Positions 1-8,983 of a DNA stretch of 64,000 nt are shown piece by piece; position 1 is the first letter of the stretch; each line of letters begins with the position of its first letter. Under the pieces are notes generated by a model, which saw only the letters and a program-made list of their open reading frames with translations, had not been told where the DNA came from and did no database searches. The translations under genes and the position numbers were made by a program. This DNA comes from Escherichia phage ECp13: sequence record PP274704.1. The stretch is one strand, 5' to 3'.

Positions 1-1
1 T

Positions 2-1621
2 GATATTGATTATTCCCCTGCTCTTCCATTTACTAATTGCTGTTTAGTAGATTTAAAAGGAATGCTTGAGAACGGATTTAAGCTCGGTAATGCGCAGATT
101 GAAACTCCTAAATCAATCGGCGTTGCTACTGCAATTATGGCACAAATTACTGCGCAGGTTGCTTCTCATCAATATGGCGGAACGACTTTTGCGAATGTAG
201 ATAAAGTACTTTCTCCTTATGTTAAACGCACCTATGCAAAACATATTGAGGATGCAGAAAAATGGCAAATCGCTGATGCGTTGAATTACGCCCAGTCTAA
301 AACAGAAAAAGACGTATACGATGCATTCCAAGCTTATGAATATGAAGTAAATACTCTCTTTAGTTCAAACGGACAAACACCTTTTGTAACAATTACGTTT
401 GGTACGGGAACTGACTGGACTGAACGAATGATTCAGAAAGCAATTCTGAAAAATCGTATTAAAGGCCTTGGTCGCGATGGGATAACTCCTATTTTCCCTA
501 AGCTTGTTATGTTCGTTGAAGAGGGCGTCAATCTTTATAAAGATGATCCGAACTATGATATTAAGCAGCTTGCTCTAGAGTGTGCAAGCAAAAGAATGTA
601 TCCTGATATTATTTCAGCTAAGAATAATAAAGCTATCACCGGTTCATCTGTTCCTGTTTCTCCAATGGGTTGCCGCAGTTTCTTGAGTGTATGGAAAGAT
701 TCGACTGGTAATGAAATTCTTGATGGACGTAATAATCTTGGCGTTGTAACACTGAATCTTCCTCGCATTGCACTAGATTCTTATATTGGAACACAGTTCA
801 ATGAACAGAAATTTGCCGAATTGTTCAATGAACGAATGGATTTGTGTTTTGAAGCTTTGATGTGTAGAATTAGTTCCTTAAAAGGAGTTAAAGCGACTGT
901 TGCTCCTATTCTTTACCAAGAAGGTGCATTCGGGGTTCGTCTTAAACCTGATGATGACATAATTGAGTTATTTAAAAACGGTAGAAGTTCAGTGTCTTTA
1001 GGATACATTGGTATTCACGAATTGAATATTCTTGTCGGTCGTGATATTGGACAGGAAATTTTAACTAAAATGAATGCTCGTCTTAAGCAGTGGACTGAAA
1101 GAACCGGTTTTGCTTTTAGCTTGTATTCTACTCCTGCTGAAAACCTTTGCTATCGCTTCTGTAAACTTGATACTGAAAAATATGGAAGTGTAAAAGATGT
1201 TACTGATAAAGGCTGGTACACTAATAGTTTCCATGTTTCAGTAGAAGAAAATATTACTCCATTTGAAAAGATTTCCCGCGAAGCTCCATATCATTTCATT
1301 GCGACAGGTGGTCACATTTCTTATGTTGAACTTCCTGATATGAAAAATAACCTAAAAGGTCTTGAGGCTGTATGGGATTATGCTGCACAGCATTTAGATT
1401 ATTTTGGCGTTAATATGCCAGTAGATAAGTGTTTTACATGCGGAAGTACACATGAAATGACTCCTACTGAAAACGGATTTGTTTGTTCTATTTGTGGAGA
1501 AACTGATCCTAAAAAGATGAACACAATAAGAAGAACTTGTGGTTATTTGGGAAATCCGAATGAACGCGGATTTAATCTCGGCAAAAATAAAGAAATCATG
1601 CATAGGGTTAAACACCAATGA
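2..1621 (+). CDS. nrdD: Anaerobic ribonucleoside-triphosphate reductase NrdD, C-terminal ~540 codons (5' end lies outside window)
   Basis: Frame is open from window edge; C-terminal Zn-ribbon CFTCGS...CSICGE and glycyl-radical motif RTCGYLG; followed by nrdG as in T4. Confidence 0.9.
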   Translation, partial: DIDYSPALPFTNCCLVDLKGMLENGFKLGNAQIETPKSIGVATAIMAQITAQVASHQYGGTTFANVDKVLSPYVKRTYAKHIEDAEKWQIADALNYAQSKTEKDVYDAFQAYEYEVNTLFSSNGQTPFVTITFGTGTDWTERMIQKAILKNRIKGLGRDGITPIFPKLVMFVEEGVNLYKDDPNYDIKQLALECASKRMYPDIISAKNNKAITGSSVPVSPMGCRSFLSVWKDSTGNEILDGRNNLGVVTLNLPRIALDSYIGTQFNEQKFAELFNERMDLCFEALMCRISSLKGVKATVAPILYQEGAFGVRLKPDDDIIELFKNGRSSVSLGYIGIHELNILVGRDIGQEILTKMNARLKQWTERTGFAFSLYSTPAENLCYRFCKLDTEKYGSVKDVTDKGWYTNSFHVSVEENITPFEKISREAPYHFIATGGHISYVELPDMKNNLKGLEAVWDYAAQHLDYFGVNMPVDKCFTCGSTHEMTPTENGFVCSICGETDPKKMNTIRRTCGYLGNPNERGFNLGKNKEIMHRVKHQ

Positions 1622-2088
1622 ATTATGATAGATTTTATCCTTGCGATTTTGTGAATGGCCCTGGATGCAGGGTCGTTCTTTTCGTTACGGGGTGTTTGCA
1701 TAAATGCGAAGGGTGTTATAATAAATCAACATGGAATGCTAGAAATGGCGTTCCATTCACTGGTGAAACACTAGAACAATTAATTGAATGTTTGAATAAT
1801 GATTATATAGAAGGATTAACTATAACTGGAGGAGACCCTCTCTATCCTGATAACCGAGATGCTGTTCATTGCATTGTTCAAACAGTAAAAAATCTTTATC
1901 CAAATAAAAGCATTTGGTTGTGGACAGGATATAAGTTTGAAGATATTAAACAACTAGAAATGCTTAAATATGTTGATGTTATTATTGATGGGAAGTATGA
2001 GAAAAATCTTCCGACCAAAAAGCTGTGGCGAGGATCAGATAATCAGCGACTTTGGTCAAATACCGATGGGGTGTGGAAACATGATTAA
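1618..2088 (+). CDS. nrdG: Anaerobic RNR activating enzyme NrdG (radical SAM)
   Basis: 156 aa; CLHKCEGC (CxxxCxxC) cluster motif; ATGA overlap with nrdD stop. Confidence 0.9.
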   Translation: MNYDRFYPCDFVNGPGCRVVLFVTGCLHKCEGCYNKSTWNARNGVPFTGETLEQLIECLNNDYIEGLTITGGDPLYPDNRDAVHCIVQTVKNLYPNKSIWLWTGYKFEDIKQLEMLKYVDVIIDGKYEKNLPTKKLWRGSDNQRLWSNTDGVWKHD

Positions 2089-2203
2089 ATTGAATTATAT
2101 TATGGACACTATAAATGATATGATTTTTCATTTTGGTCCAGAATTTTATTCGCAATATAGTTTAGTGCTTATCAATGCTTGGTTAATCAATTAAGGGTAA
2201 AAT

Positions 2204-2416
2204 ATGTATAAATTTCGCAAAGGTTTAGCTGATTTTCTTACAACTGTAACATTCTTTCTGTTTATGGCAGTTGGAGCTATTTTCCTTATTCCTTTTATTG
2301 CTATATTTTTCGTGATTAGTTTGATTTCTCCAGAAAAAGGACTGTCTTCTAGCGAGTTCAATGAGCGTCTGGATAAAATTACTAATAAGCTGAATTCTGC
2401 TCTTAGTAAGGAATAG
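2204..2416 (+). CDS. Hypothetical small membrane protein (70 aa)
   Basis: ATG with upstream AAGGG; hydrophobic core FFLFMAVGAIFLIPFIAIFFVI. Confidence 0.5.
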   Translation: MYKFRKGLADFLTTVTFFLFMAVGAIFLIPFIAIFFVISLISPEKGLSSSEFNERLDKITNKLNSALSKE

Positions 2417-2418
2417 TT

Positions 2419-2727
2419 GTGAAACAGAACAAGATTGAAGTCTATGGAATTCCAGATGAAGTAGGTCGTTGTCCTGGATGTCAATCAGTTACAAAACTTC
2501 TAAAGGAGCTCAATGCTCCTTTTACTTTCTATAAAGTTCTTACAAATAATGGTAAGATTGAGTATGATCGTCCACTGATTGTATCTCTTGCTAAACGCGC
2601 TGGATTCACATCTCTTAACATTCGTTATCCAGTCATTTTCATCAATGATTCTAGACAAAAGAATATTAAACACTTCAAAGAAACTCTCATTTCACTTGGA
2701 TATGATAGAGATATCATAGAAGATTAA
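2419..2727 (+). CDS. nrdH: Glutaredoxin-like protein NrdH (GTG start)
   Basis: 102 aa with CPGC redox motif; position next to nrdG. Confidence 0.7.
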   Translation: MKQNKIEVYGIPDEVGRCPGCQSVTKLLKELNAPFTFYKVLTNNGKIEYDRPLIVSLAKRAGFTSLNIRYPVIFINDSRQKNIKHFKETLISLGYDRDIIED

Positions 2728-2729
2728 GA

Positions 2730-2752
2730 CGGGCCCTCTGGGCCTTTCTTTC
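2730..2752 (+). terminator. Hairpin GGCCC-tct-GGGCC followed by T-rich tract
   Basis: Inverted repeat immediately after nrdH stop. Confidence 0.45.
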
Positions 2753-2780
2753 TCACATTCTGTATATTACCATTCTAAGC

Positions 2781-2819
2781 TATCGTTCCCTTCTTATCGT
2801 TCCCTTCTTATCGTTCCCT
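2781..2819. repeat. Tandem direct repeat, 14-nt unit TATCGTTCCCTTCT x ~2.8
   Basis: Read directly: tatcgttcccttct tatcgttcccttct tatcgttccct. Confidence 0.9.
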
Positions 2820-2832
2820 AAAATAATTTTCA

Positions 2833-2872
2833 CAAAGTTGTTTACAACAAGTTCAAACTGTGGTATTATTAA
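2833..2872 (+). promoter_or_regulatory. T4-type early promoter (GTTTAC -35, 18 nt, TATTAT -10)
   Basis: aaagttGTTTACaacaagttcaaactgtggTATTAT. Confidence 0.55.
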
Positions 2873-2899
2873 CATATGAATTGCCTTTGAGGATTTGAT

Positions 2900-3076
2900 A
2901 TGGTTGATAAAGAGATTAAAAGAGATCAGTATTATCGTGTTAACGGACATATTGTTATTGTTACAGCAGTAGATGATCTAGATGTTCATTATACTGTACT
3001 TAAATGGAATAAACAGATGATTTGCGATCGTGCTGTATTTAGTTCAGTTGCTAAGGAAATTAAACTCCATGGGTAA
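2900..3076 (+). CDS. Hypothetical protein (58 aa)
   Basis: ATG-initiated ORF downstream of early promoter, below ORF-track size cut-off. Confidence 0.3.
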   Translation: MVDKEIKRDQYYRVNGHIVIVTAVDDLDVHYTVLKWNKQMICDRAVFSSVAKEIKLHG

Positions 3077-3362
3077 AACGTATCGTCGTAAAGATTTAAA
3101 AGTACGTGATTATGACTATTTCGGAAAGCGTAAAGCTCCTGATGGTGTAAGTCATAAAGATATGGTTGAAAACATTTTTCGCTCTGATAAATGGCGTAGA
3201 ATGAAAGGCATTGATTCAGAAGTTAAAGATGAGCTAAATCGCCAATTACGTGGTGAAGTAAGAAAGTTGAAAAAATCAGTTTACATTGATGATGATTTTG
3301 ATTATAATACTTCTCAACGAGTTGCTAAGCGCAAATCAAACGAGTGCTATCGTTACAGCTGA
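3069..3362 (+). CDS. Hypothetical basic protein (97 aa from first ATG)
   Basis: ORF track 3030..3362; first in-frame ATG at 3069. Confidence 0.5.
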   Translation: MGKTYRRKDLKVRDYDYFGKRKAPDGVSHKDMVENIFRSDKWRRMKGIDSEVKDELNRQLRGEVRKLKKSVYIDDDFDYNTSQRVAKRKSNECYRYS

Positions 3363-3369
3363 GGAAAAT

Positions 3370-3501
3370 ATGAATATCAAACGCATGCTTTTTAAACAAG
3401 GATTATACACTTTAAATGTTGCTCCAAAAGGCGATACGACCAAGTGGTCAGTAAATGATTGGATTAAATTTATTGATGAAAATGGTAACTGGAAAATTTA
3501 A
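3370..3501 (+). CDS. Hypothetical protein (43 aa)
   Basis: ATG preceded by GAGGAAAA Shine-Dalgarno; in frame with ORF 3286..3501. Confidence 0.4.
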   Translation: MNIKRMLFKQGLYTLNVAPKGDTTKWSVNDWIKFIDENGNWKI

Positions 3502-3702
3502 ATGAATCCTGAATCTAAATTATCGCAACGAATTGCTGAAGCTCGTCGTCAGTTCTTTGAAAATATGATAGCCCAAGGTATTGATGACGAAGTTTTTCTA
3601 AATTGGTTTTGGAATCACAAATATTCAAGTTGCTCAGGAGCAATATTAATATCAGCTGCAATGATGTACGAAGGCTGGAAGGGTGCCAAACAGTTTAGCT
3701 AA
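3502..3702 (+). CDS. Hypothetical protein (66 aa)
   Basis: ORF track; tight packing with flanking genes; terminator follows. Confidence 0.5.
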   Translation: MNPESKLSQRIAEARRQFFENMIAQGIDDEVFLNWFWNHKYSSCSGAILISAAMMYEGWKGAKQFS

Positions 3703-3720
3703 GGGCTTCGGCCCTTTTTG
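3701..3720 (+). terminator. Intrinsic terminator, GGGC-UUCG-GCCC hairpin plus T-run
   Basis: aagggcttcggccctttttg. Confidence 0.65.
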
Positions 3721-3754
3721 GATAATAAAATTTTAATGAAATTGAGGATAATGT

Positions 3755-4081
3755 ATGACTATTCAAATTAAAAACGCCATCAATTCTTACGCATATGATA
3801 AAGTAGTTTCTTTGCTAGAAAAAGGCAATATTGTAACTCCTCAAATTTTGGATAAATGGGAAAAAGAGCTTCATCAGACGATGAAACAGAATGATCAGAA
3901 AATTGGTCGCAATACTGTCCGTGAATTGTTGGTTCAATATATCTTGTCAGAATTTGATGTTAAAGCTTTTGGCGTAGAATCTAAAGCTTATCAAAAGCAT
4001 GAAATTTCTGATAAAACTATTCGTCGTATGAAAAATCAACGCAAGAAAAAATTTGCTGATCTGAAAATTGCTAAGGTATGA
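3755..4081 (+). CDS. Hypothetical protein (108 aa)
   Basis: ORF with GAGGA SD; unassigned small ORF block between nrdH and gene 55. Confidence 0.55.
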   Translation: MTIQIKNAINSYAYDKVVSLLEKGNIVTPQILDKWEKELHQTMKQNDQKIGRNTVRELLVQYILSEFDVKAFGVESKAYQKHEISDKTIRRMKNQRKKKFADLKIAKV

Positions 4082-4299
4082 ATATGAACGAAGCTCTTAT
4101 TAACGATTTACGTCTTGCCGGATATGAAGTAAATACAAATGGCATTGGTTTAACTCAAATTGAAGGAAATGGATTCATCCTTGAGTATGAATTTAGCCAA
4201 TGGTGGTTATATGCTAATTATGGCGAATTGATTGAATACGTTGACCAGTTTGATTCACTAGATGCAGCTCTTGAAGCGGCTAAGTTGATGAATGTATGA
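4078..4299 (+). CDS. Hypothetical protein (73 aa)
   Basis: ORF track; ATGA-type overlap with upstream ORF. Confidence 0.5.
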   Translation: MNMNEALINDLRLAGYEVNTNGIGLTQIEGNGFILEYEFSQWWLYANYGELIEYVDQFDSLDAALEAAKLMNV

Positions 4300-4565
4300 A
4301 ATTTATTAATATTTCTATTACTATTGAAAATTATGGCATTTTCTATGTTGATCAATATATGAAAATTTCATTTTTCCCAAATAAGACTGGGGTTGGATAT
4401 TGGGAAAGCCATGTTTCTGAATTAAATGAAAGTGAATATGTTAGCACGCATGAAAAGTTTTTAGACTTTTTATATCACGCTGATTTAACTAGTCATTATA
4501 TAGATATTCATGAATTTAAAAAGATGATGGAGAAAGTGTTCCAAGCATACTGCTTACTTAGATAA
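4296..4565 (+). CDS. Hypothetical protein (89 aa)
   Basis: ORF track; overlapping start/stop with upstream ORF. Confidence 0.5.
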   Translation: MKFINISITIENYGIFYVDQYMKISFFPNKTGVGYWESHVSELNESEYVSTHEKFLDFLYHADLTSHYIDIHEFKKMMEKVFQAYCLLR

Positions 4566-4643
4566 TTGATATCCTCTATGCTTTAAGATAGATCTTCAAA
4601 TATTATGATATAATAGATCTATGAATTGAGCTAAGAGGTGAAA

Positions 4644-5201
4644 ATGTCAGAAACTAAGCCTAAATATAATTACGTAAACAATAAAGAGCTTTTACAAGCT
4701 ATTATTGATTGGAAAACAGAATTAGCAAATAATAAAGACCCAAATAAAGTAGTTCGTCAGAATGATACTATCGGATTAGCCATTATGCTTATTGCAGAAG
4801 GCTTATCTAAACGTTTCAACTTTTCAGGATACACCCAATCCTGGAAACAAGAAATGATTGCAGATGGTATAGAAGCTTCTATTAAGGGGCTTCATAATTT
4901 TGATGAAACGAAATATAAAAACCCACATGCATATATAACTCAAGCTTGTTTTAATGCATTCGTCCAACGTATTAAAAAAGAACGTAAGGAAGTTGCAAAG
5001 AAATACAGTTACTTCGTTCACAATGTCTATGACAGTCGTGACGACGATATGGTTGCGTTAGTGGATGAAACTTTTATTCAAGACATCTACGATAAAATGA
5101 CGCATTACGAAGAATCAACCTATAGAACACCGGGGGCTGAAAAGAAAAGTGTTGTAGACGATTCTCCTAGTTTGGATTTTTTATATGAGGCTAACGATTA
5201 A
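4644..5201 (+). CDS. 55: Late-transcription sigma factor gp55
   Basis: 185 aa from ATG 4644 ([23 protein letters not shown]...), matches remembered T4 gp55 N-terminus and length. Confidence 0.9.
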
Positions 5202-5403
5202 CCTCTCCGGATTCTTGGAAGAAATACCTGAAGTTGAAGCTATTCCCTATTTACTTAAAATGTATCTCAGGGAAGTTTTAGCTCTTGACATTGATATTGA
5301 TCCAGAAAATCCGTATGATACCGCTTTTAAATCTAATGGTGTAGAATTAAACTATCGGTATCATTTAACAGATGATGATTTTTATTTTATATTAGAGAAA
5401 TAA
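5185..5403 (+). CDS. Hypothetical protein (72 aa)
   Basis: ORF track; overlaps 3' end of gene 55. Confidence 0.45.
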
Positions 5404-5404
5404 T

Positions 5405-5722
5405 ATGACTGATAAACCCGAAATTAATGATGAAGTGGAAAAGCTTATTTCTTCTATTGAAGAAAAGAACCGTCTTGAAGCAGAAAGAAAAGCAAATAAG
5501 TTATTGTCTAAAAACAAACGCGAACTGAACCGTCTTTATAAGCACGCTCAGATTGCAGCTGAAAACAATAATTTTGCTCAATACGAATATGCTATCAAGA
5601 AAAGTCGGGATATTCTAAAACAGCCATATAACGATGAACTCATTAGTATTCTTTGGAAGACTACTAGATCGCAGATTGAGGATATGATTGATGCTTACAC
5701 ACGTAAAATTCAAGCGTCTTAA
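5405..5722 (+). CDS. Hypothetical protein (105 aa), predicted coiled coil
   Basis: ORF track. Confidence 0.55.
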   Translation: MTDKPEINDEVEKLISSIEEKNRLEAERKANKLLSKNKRELNRLYKHAQIAAENNNFAQYEYAIKKSRDILKQPYNDELISILWKTTRSQIEDMIDAYTRKIQAS

Positions 5723-5894
5723 AATTAATGCAGGATTTACTGAATCTTTGAATGGTCATCTTTGCGTGAAAATTTCTGAAAAAGAATACCATGATAGTTC
5801 AATTAAAGAAGTTAATCCTCCTATTGTAAGAGCAGACCCTAATATGAAAGTGTGGGTTGATTCCTATCAAGTCAAAAAATGGTGGCAACTGTGA
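5691..5894 (+). CDS. Hypothetical protein (67 aa from ATG)
   Basis: ORF track 5688 start is TTG; ATG at 5691. Confidence 0.4.
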   Translation: MLTHVKFKRLKINAGFTESLNGHLCVKISEKEYHDSSIKEVNPPIVRADPNMKVWVDSYQVKKWWQL

Positions 5895-5897
5895 AAG

Positions 5898-6071
5898 ATG
5901 AACACCCAGACTTCTGAAATAGATTATAATAAAATTCGTTCCTCTAAAGTAGAAATGATGAGACGCTTTAAAGAGTCTCATGATAAAGCTAAAGCAGAAG
6001 GAACTATAACATATAAGCGTATAAAATTTAGAAGCTCTAATGAGCCTCTGTATGGTGTATTATGCGGATAG
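5898..6071 (+). CDS. Hypothetical protein (57 aa)
   Basis: ATG ORF ending at hairpin GGAGC-UUCG-GCUCC; below ORF-track cut-off. Confidence 0.35.
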   Translation: MNTQTSEIDYNKIRSSKVEMMRRFKESHDKAKAEGTITYKRIKFRSSNEPLYGVLCG

Positions 6072-6090
6072 GAGCTTCGGCTCCTATATT
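6069..6090 (+). terminator. Hairpin GGAGC-UUCG-GCUCC
   Basis: ggagcttcggctcc followed by tatatt. Confidence 0.45.
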
Positions 6091-6114
6091 GCTTTATAAA
6101 TTTTTGGTAAAATA
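6086..6114 (+). promoter_or_regulatory. Middle promoter: MotA box TGCTTTA, 11 nt, -10 TAAAAT
   Basis: tatTGCTTTAtaaatttttggTAAAATaaacc upstream of agt. Confidence 0.5.
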
Positions 6115-6137
6115 AACCAAAACAATGAGGATATTAA

Positions 6138-7340
6138 ATGAAAGTATGCATTTTTATGGCTCGAGGTCTTGAAGGTTGCGGCGTAACTAAATTTTCTCTC
6201 GAGCAGCGTGATTGGTTTATTAAAAATGGTCATGAAGTAACTTTGGTTTATGCTAAAGATAAATCATTTACCCGTAATTGCGCGCATGATTATAAATCAT
6301 TTTCAATTCCGGTTTTATTGGCAAAAGAATACGATAAAACACTTAAGCTGGTAAATGATTGTGATATTCTAATTATCAATTCAGTTCCTGCTACTTCAGT
6401 CGAAGAAGACACTATTAATAACTATAAAAAAATTATTGATAACATTAAACCTTCAGTTCGTGTTGTAGTTTATCAACATGACCATTCTTCTCTTTCTTTG
6501 CGCCGAAATTTGGGATTAGAAGAAACTGTTCGTCGAGCTGATGTTATTTTTAGTCATTCTGATAATGGCGATTTTAATAAAGTTTTGATGAAAGAATGGT
6601 ATCCAGAAACAGTTTCTCTGTTTGATGATATTGAAGAAGCACCGACTGTATACAACTTTCAGCCTCCTATGGATATTGCGAAGGTTCGATCAACCTACTG
6701 GAAAGATGTTTCTGAAATTAATATGAATGTCAACCGTTGGATCGGTCGTACGACTACATGGAAAGGTTTTTATCAGATGTTTGATTTTCACGAAAAACAT
6801 CTTAAACCTGCGGGATTAAGTACTATTATGGAAGGTCTGGAACGTTCTCCTGCGTTCATTCCTATTAAAGAAAAAGGAATTCCATACGAATATTATCGTC
6901 TTCATCAAGTAGACCAAATTAAAATTGCTCCTAATTTGCCGACGCAAATTCTCGACCGTTATGTAAATAGCGAAATGCTTGAACGCATGAGTAAATCCGG
7001 ATTTGGTTATCAGCTGAGTAAGTTGGATAAAAAATATCTACAACGTTCTTTAGAATATACTCATCTCGAGCTTGGTGCGTGTGGAACAATTCCAGTATTT
7101 TGGAAATCTACTGGCGAAAATTTAAAATTCCGTGTTGATAATACTCCGTTAATTTCTCATGATAGCGGTATCGTTTGGTTTGATGAAAATGACATGGAAT
7201 CAACATTTGAGCGTATTAAAGAACTGTCATCTGACCGAAATCTTTATGACCGTGAACGCGAAAAAGCTTATGAATTTTTGTATCAGCATCAAGATTCAAG
7301 CTTCTGCTTTAAAGAACAGTTTGACATTATTACAAAATAA
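6138..7340 (+). CDS. agt: DNA alpha-glucosyltransferase
   Basis: 400 aa; N-terminus MKVCIFMARGLEGCGVTKFSLEQ matches remembered T4 alpha-gt; between 55 and 47. Confidence 0.85.
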   Translation: MKVCIFMARGLEGCGVTKFSLEQRDWFIKNGHEVTLVYAKDKSFTRNCAHDYKSFSIPVLLAKEYDKTLKLVNDCDILIINSVPATSVEEDTINNYKKIIDNIKPSVRVVVYQHDHSSLSLRRNLGLEETVRRADVIFSHSDNGDFNKVLMKEWYPETVSLFDDIEEAPTVYNFQPPMDIAKVRSTYWKDVSEINMNVNRWIGRTTTWKGFYQMFDFHEKHLKPAGLSTIMEGLERSPAFIPIKEKGIPYEYYRLHQVDQIKIAPNLPTQILDRYVNSEMLERMSKSGFGYQLSKLDKKYLQRSLEYTHLELGACGTIPVFWKSTGENLKFRVDNTPLISHDSGIVWFDENDMESTFERIKELSSDRNLYDREREKAYEFLYQHQDSSFCFKEQFDIITK

Positions 7341-7358
7341 AGGGCTTCGGCCCTTTAG
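7340..7358 (+). terminator. Intrinsic terminator GGGC-UUCG-GCCC plus T-run
   Basis: agggcttcggcccttt directly after agt stop. Confidence 0.6.
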
Positions 7359-7379
7359 CTTTATACGGAGTTTGATATA

Positions 7380-7520
7380 ATGATATTTCTTGGATATGTG
7401 ATACTTTTTCTCGCGTTTTATCTATTCACTAGAGCATGTTGGATTGGGTTCTTTAGCACTCCAGATGGATTTATTTCAATAATTTTATTTTGCATTTCAA
7501 TGACGGTTCTTGATATATGA
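7380..7520 (+). CDS. Hypothetical hydrophobic peptide (46 aa)
   Basis: ATG ORF filling the agt-47 gap; stop overlaps gene 47 ATG. Confidence 0.35.
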   Translation: MIFLGYVILFLAFYLFTRACWIGFFSTPDGFISIILFCISMTVLDI

Positions 7521-8536
7521 AAATTTTAAATTTAGGTGATTGGCATTTAGGTGTTAAAGCCGACGACGAGTGGGTTCAATCCATTCAGTTGGATGGAATT
7601 AAACAAGCAATAGAATATTCTAAGAAAAACGGAATTACTACATGGATTCAATACGGCGATATTTTTGATGTGCGAAAAGCAATCACGCATAAAACTATGG
7701 AGTTCGCTCGTGAAATAGTTCAAATGCTTGATGATGCTGGTATTATCCTACATACTGTTGTAGGAAACCATGATATGCACTTTAAAAATACTTTAACTCC
7801 AAATGCTTCTACTGAGCTTTTGGCTAAATATCCTAATGTTAAAGTATATGATAAGCCTACTACAGTAGATTTTGACGGATGTTTGATTGATTTAATTCCT
7901 TGGATGTGTGAAGAAAATACTGGTGAAATTCTTGAACACATCAAAACTTCATCTGCTTCTTTTTGTGTTGGTCACTGGGAGCTGAATGGATTTTATTTTT
8001 ATAAAGGAATGAAATCTCACGGTCTTGAACCTGATTTCCTTAAGACTTATAAAGAAGTGTGGTCTGGTCACTTCCATACTATCTCTGAGGCTGCTAACGT
8101 CAGATATATTGGGACACCATGGACACTAACTGCGGGTGACGAGAATGACCCTCGCGGGTTCTGGATGTTTGATACAGAAACAGAACGAATGGAATTTATT
8201 CCAAACAACACTACCTGGCATCGTCGAATTCAATATCCATTTAAGGGAAAAATTGACTATAAAGATTTTACAAATCTATCAGTGCGTGTTATAGTAACTG
8301 AAGTAGACAAAAATCTAACGAAGTTCGAATCTGAACTAGAAAAAGTTGTGCATTCATTACGAGTTGTGTCAAAGATTGATAACTCTGTTGAGTCAGATGA
8401 TAGTGAAGAAGTTGAAGTTCAATCTCTTCAGACGTTAATGGAAGAATACATTAATGCAATTCCAGACATCACTGATTCTGATCGCGAAGCACTTATTCAA
8501 TATGCAAACCAGTTATATGTAGAGGCAACACAATGA
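7517..8536 (+). CDS. 47: Recombination endonuclease subunit gp47 (Mre11-like)
   Basis: 339 aa; phosphoesterase motifs GDWHLG and VVGNHDMH. Confidence 0.9.
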   Translation: MKILNLGDWHLGVKADDEWVQSIQLDGIKQAIEYSKKNGITTWIQYGDIFDVRKAITHKTMEFAREIVQMLDDAGIILHTVVGNHDMHFKNTLTPNASTELLAKYPNVKVYDKPTTVDFDGCLIDLIPWMCEENTGEILEHIKTSSASFCVGHWELNGFYFYKGMKSHGLEPDFLKTYKEVWSGHFHTISEAANVRYIGTPWTLTAGDENDPRGFWMFDTETERMEFIPNNTTWHRRIQYPFKGKIDYKDFTNLSVRVIVTEVDKNLTKFESELEKVVHSLRVVSKIDNSVESDDSEEVEVQSLQTLMEEYINAIPDITDSDREALIQYANQLYVEATQ

Positions 8537-8796
8537 CTTTTGATGAATTTAAAAATGTTATGATGAGTCAGCATTTTGAATGCGAAGTAAAAGATGATAT
8601 TGGGCATAAAGAAATTATTGAATATTGGTTTGAACCGCTAGAGGTTGAAGATAATTGTATTAAAAAGGTTACGGTCTGCACTGACTGGGCTGTATCTTTT
8701 AACTTCAACATTTTAGATAATGACACACCTAAATCATTACAAGATATGGCTGTATCTTGTATTAAGGATGCATATTGTGAAGTTTTCGACATTTGA
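8533..8796 (+). CDS. Hypothetical protein (87 aa)
   Basis: ORF track; ATGA overlap with gene 47 stop. Confidence 0.5.
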   Translation: MTFDEFKNVMMSQHFECEVKDDIGHKEIIEYWFEPLEVEDNCIKKVTVCTDWAVSFNFNILDNDTPKSLQDMAVSCIKDAYCEVFDI

Positions 8797-8983
8797 CATT
8801 AACGATGAATTCATAGCAAATATTGATTACACCGAAGAAGATTCTAGATATGTTGGAATAATTTATATCACATCAAAAGCAGCGCAAGGTGTTGTTTGCA
8901 TGGCTGAATTTGATGAATACTTTTTAGATTATGATGATATGATAGAATGGTCTAAAAGATACATTAAAAGGAATCTTTTGTGA
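8768..8983 (+). CDS. Hypothetical protein (71 aa from ATG 8768)
   Basis: ORF track 8720..8983; first ATG at 8768; stop overlaps gene 46 GTG start. Confidence 0.45.
   Translation: MHIVKFSTFDINDEFIANIDYTEEDSRYVGIIYITSKAAQGVVCMAEFDEYFLDYDDMIEWSKRYIKRNLL

Noticed and set aside
7159-7380. 73-codon plus-strand ORF overlapping the 3' end of agt
   Set aside because: Out-of-frame overlap with agt and run-through of the agt terminator hairpin; not supported.
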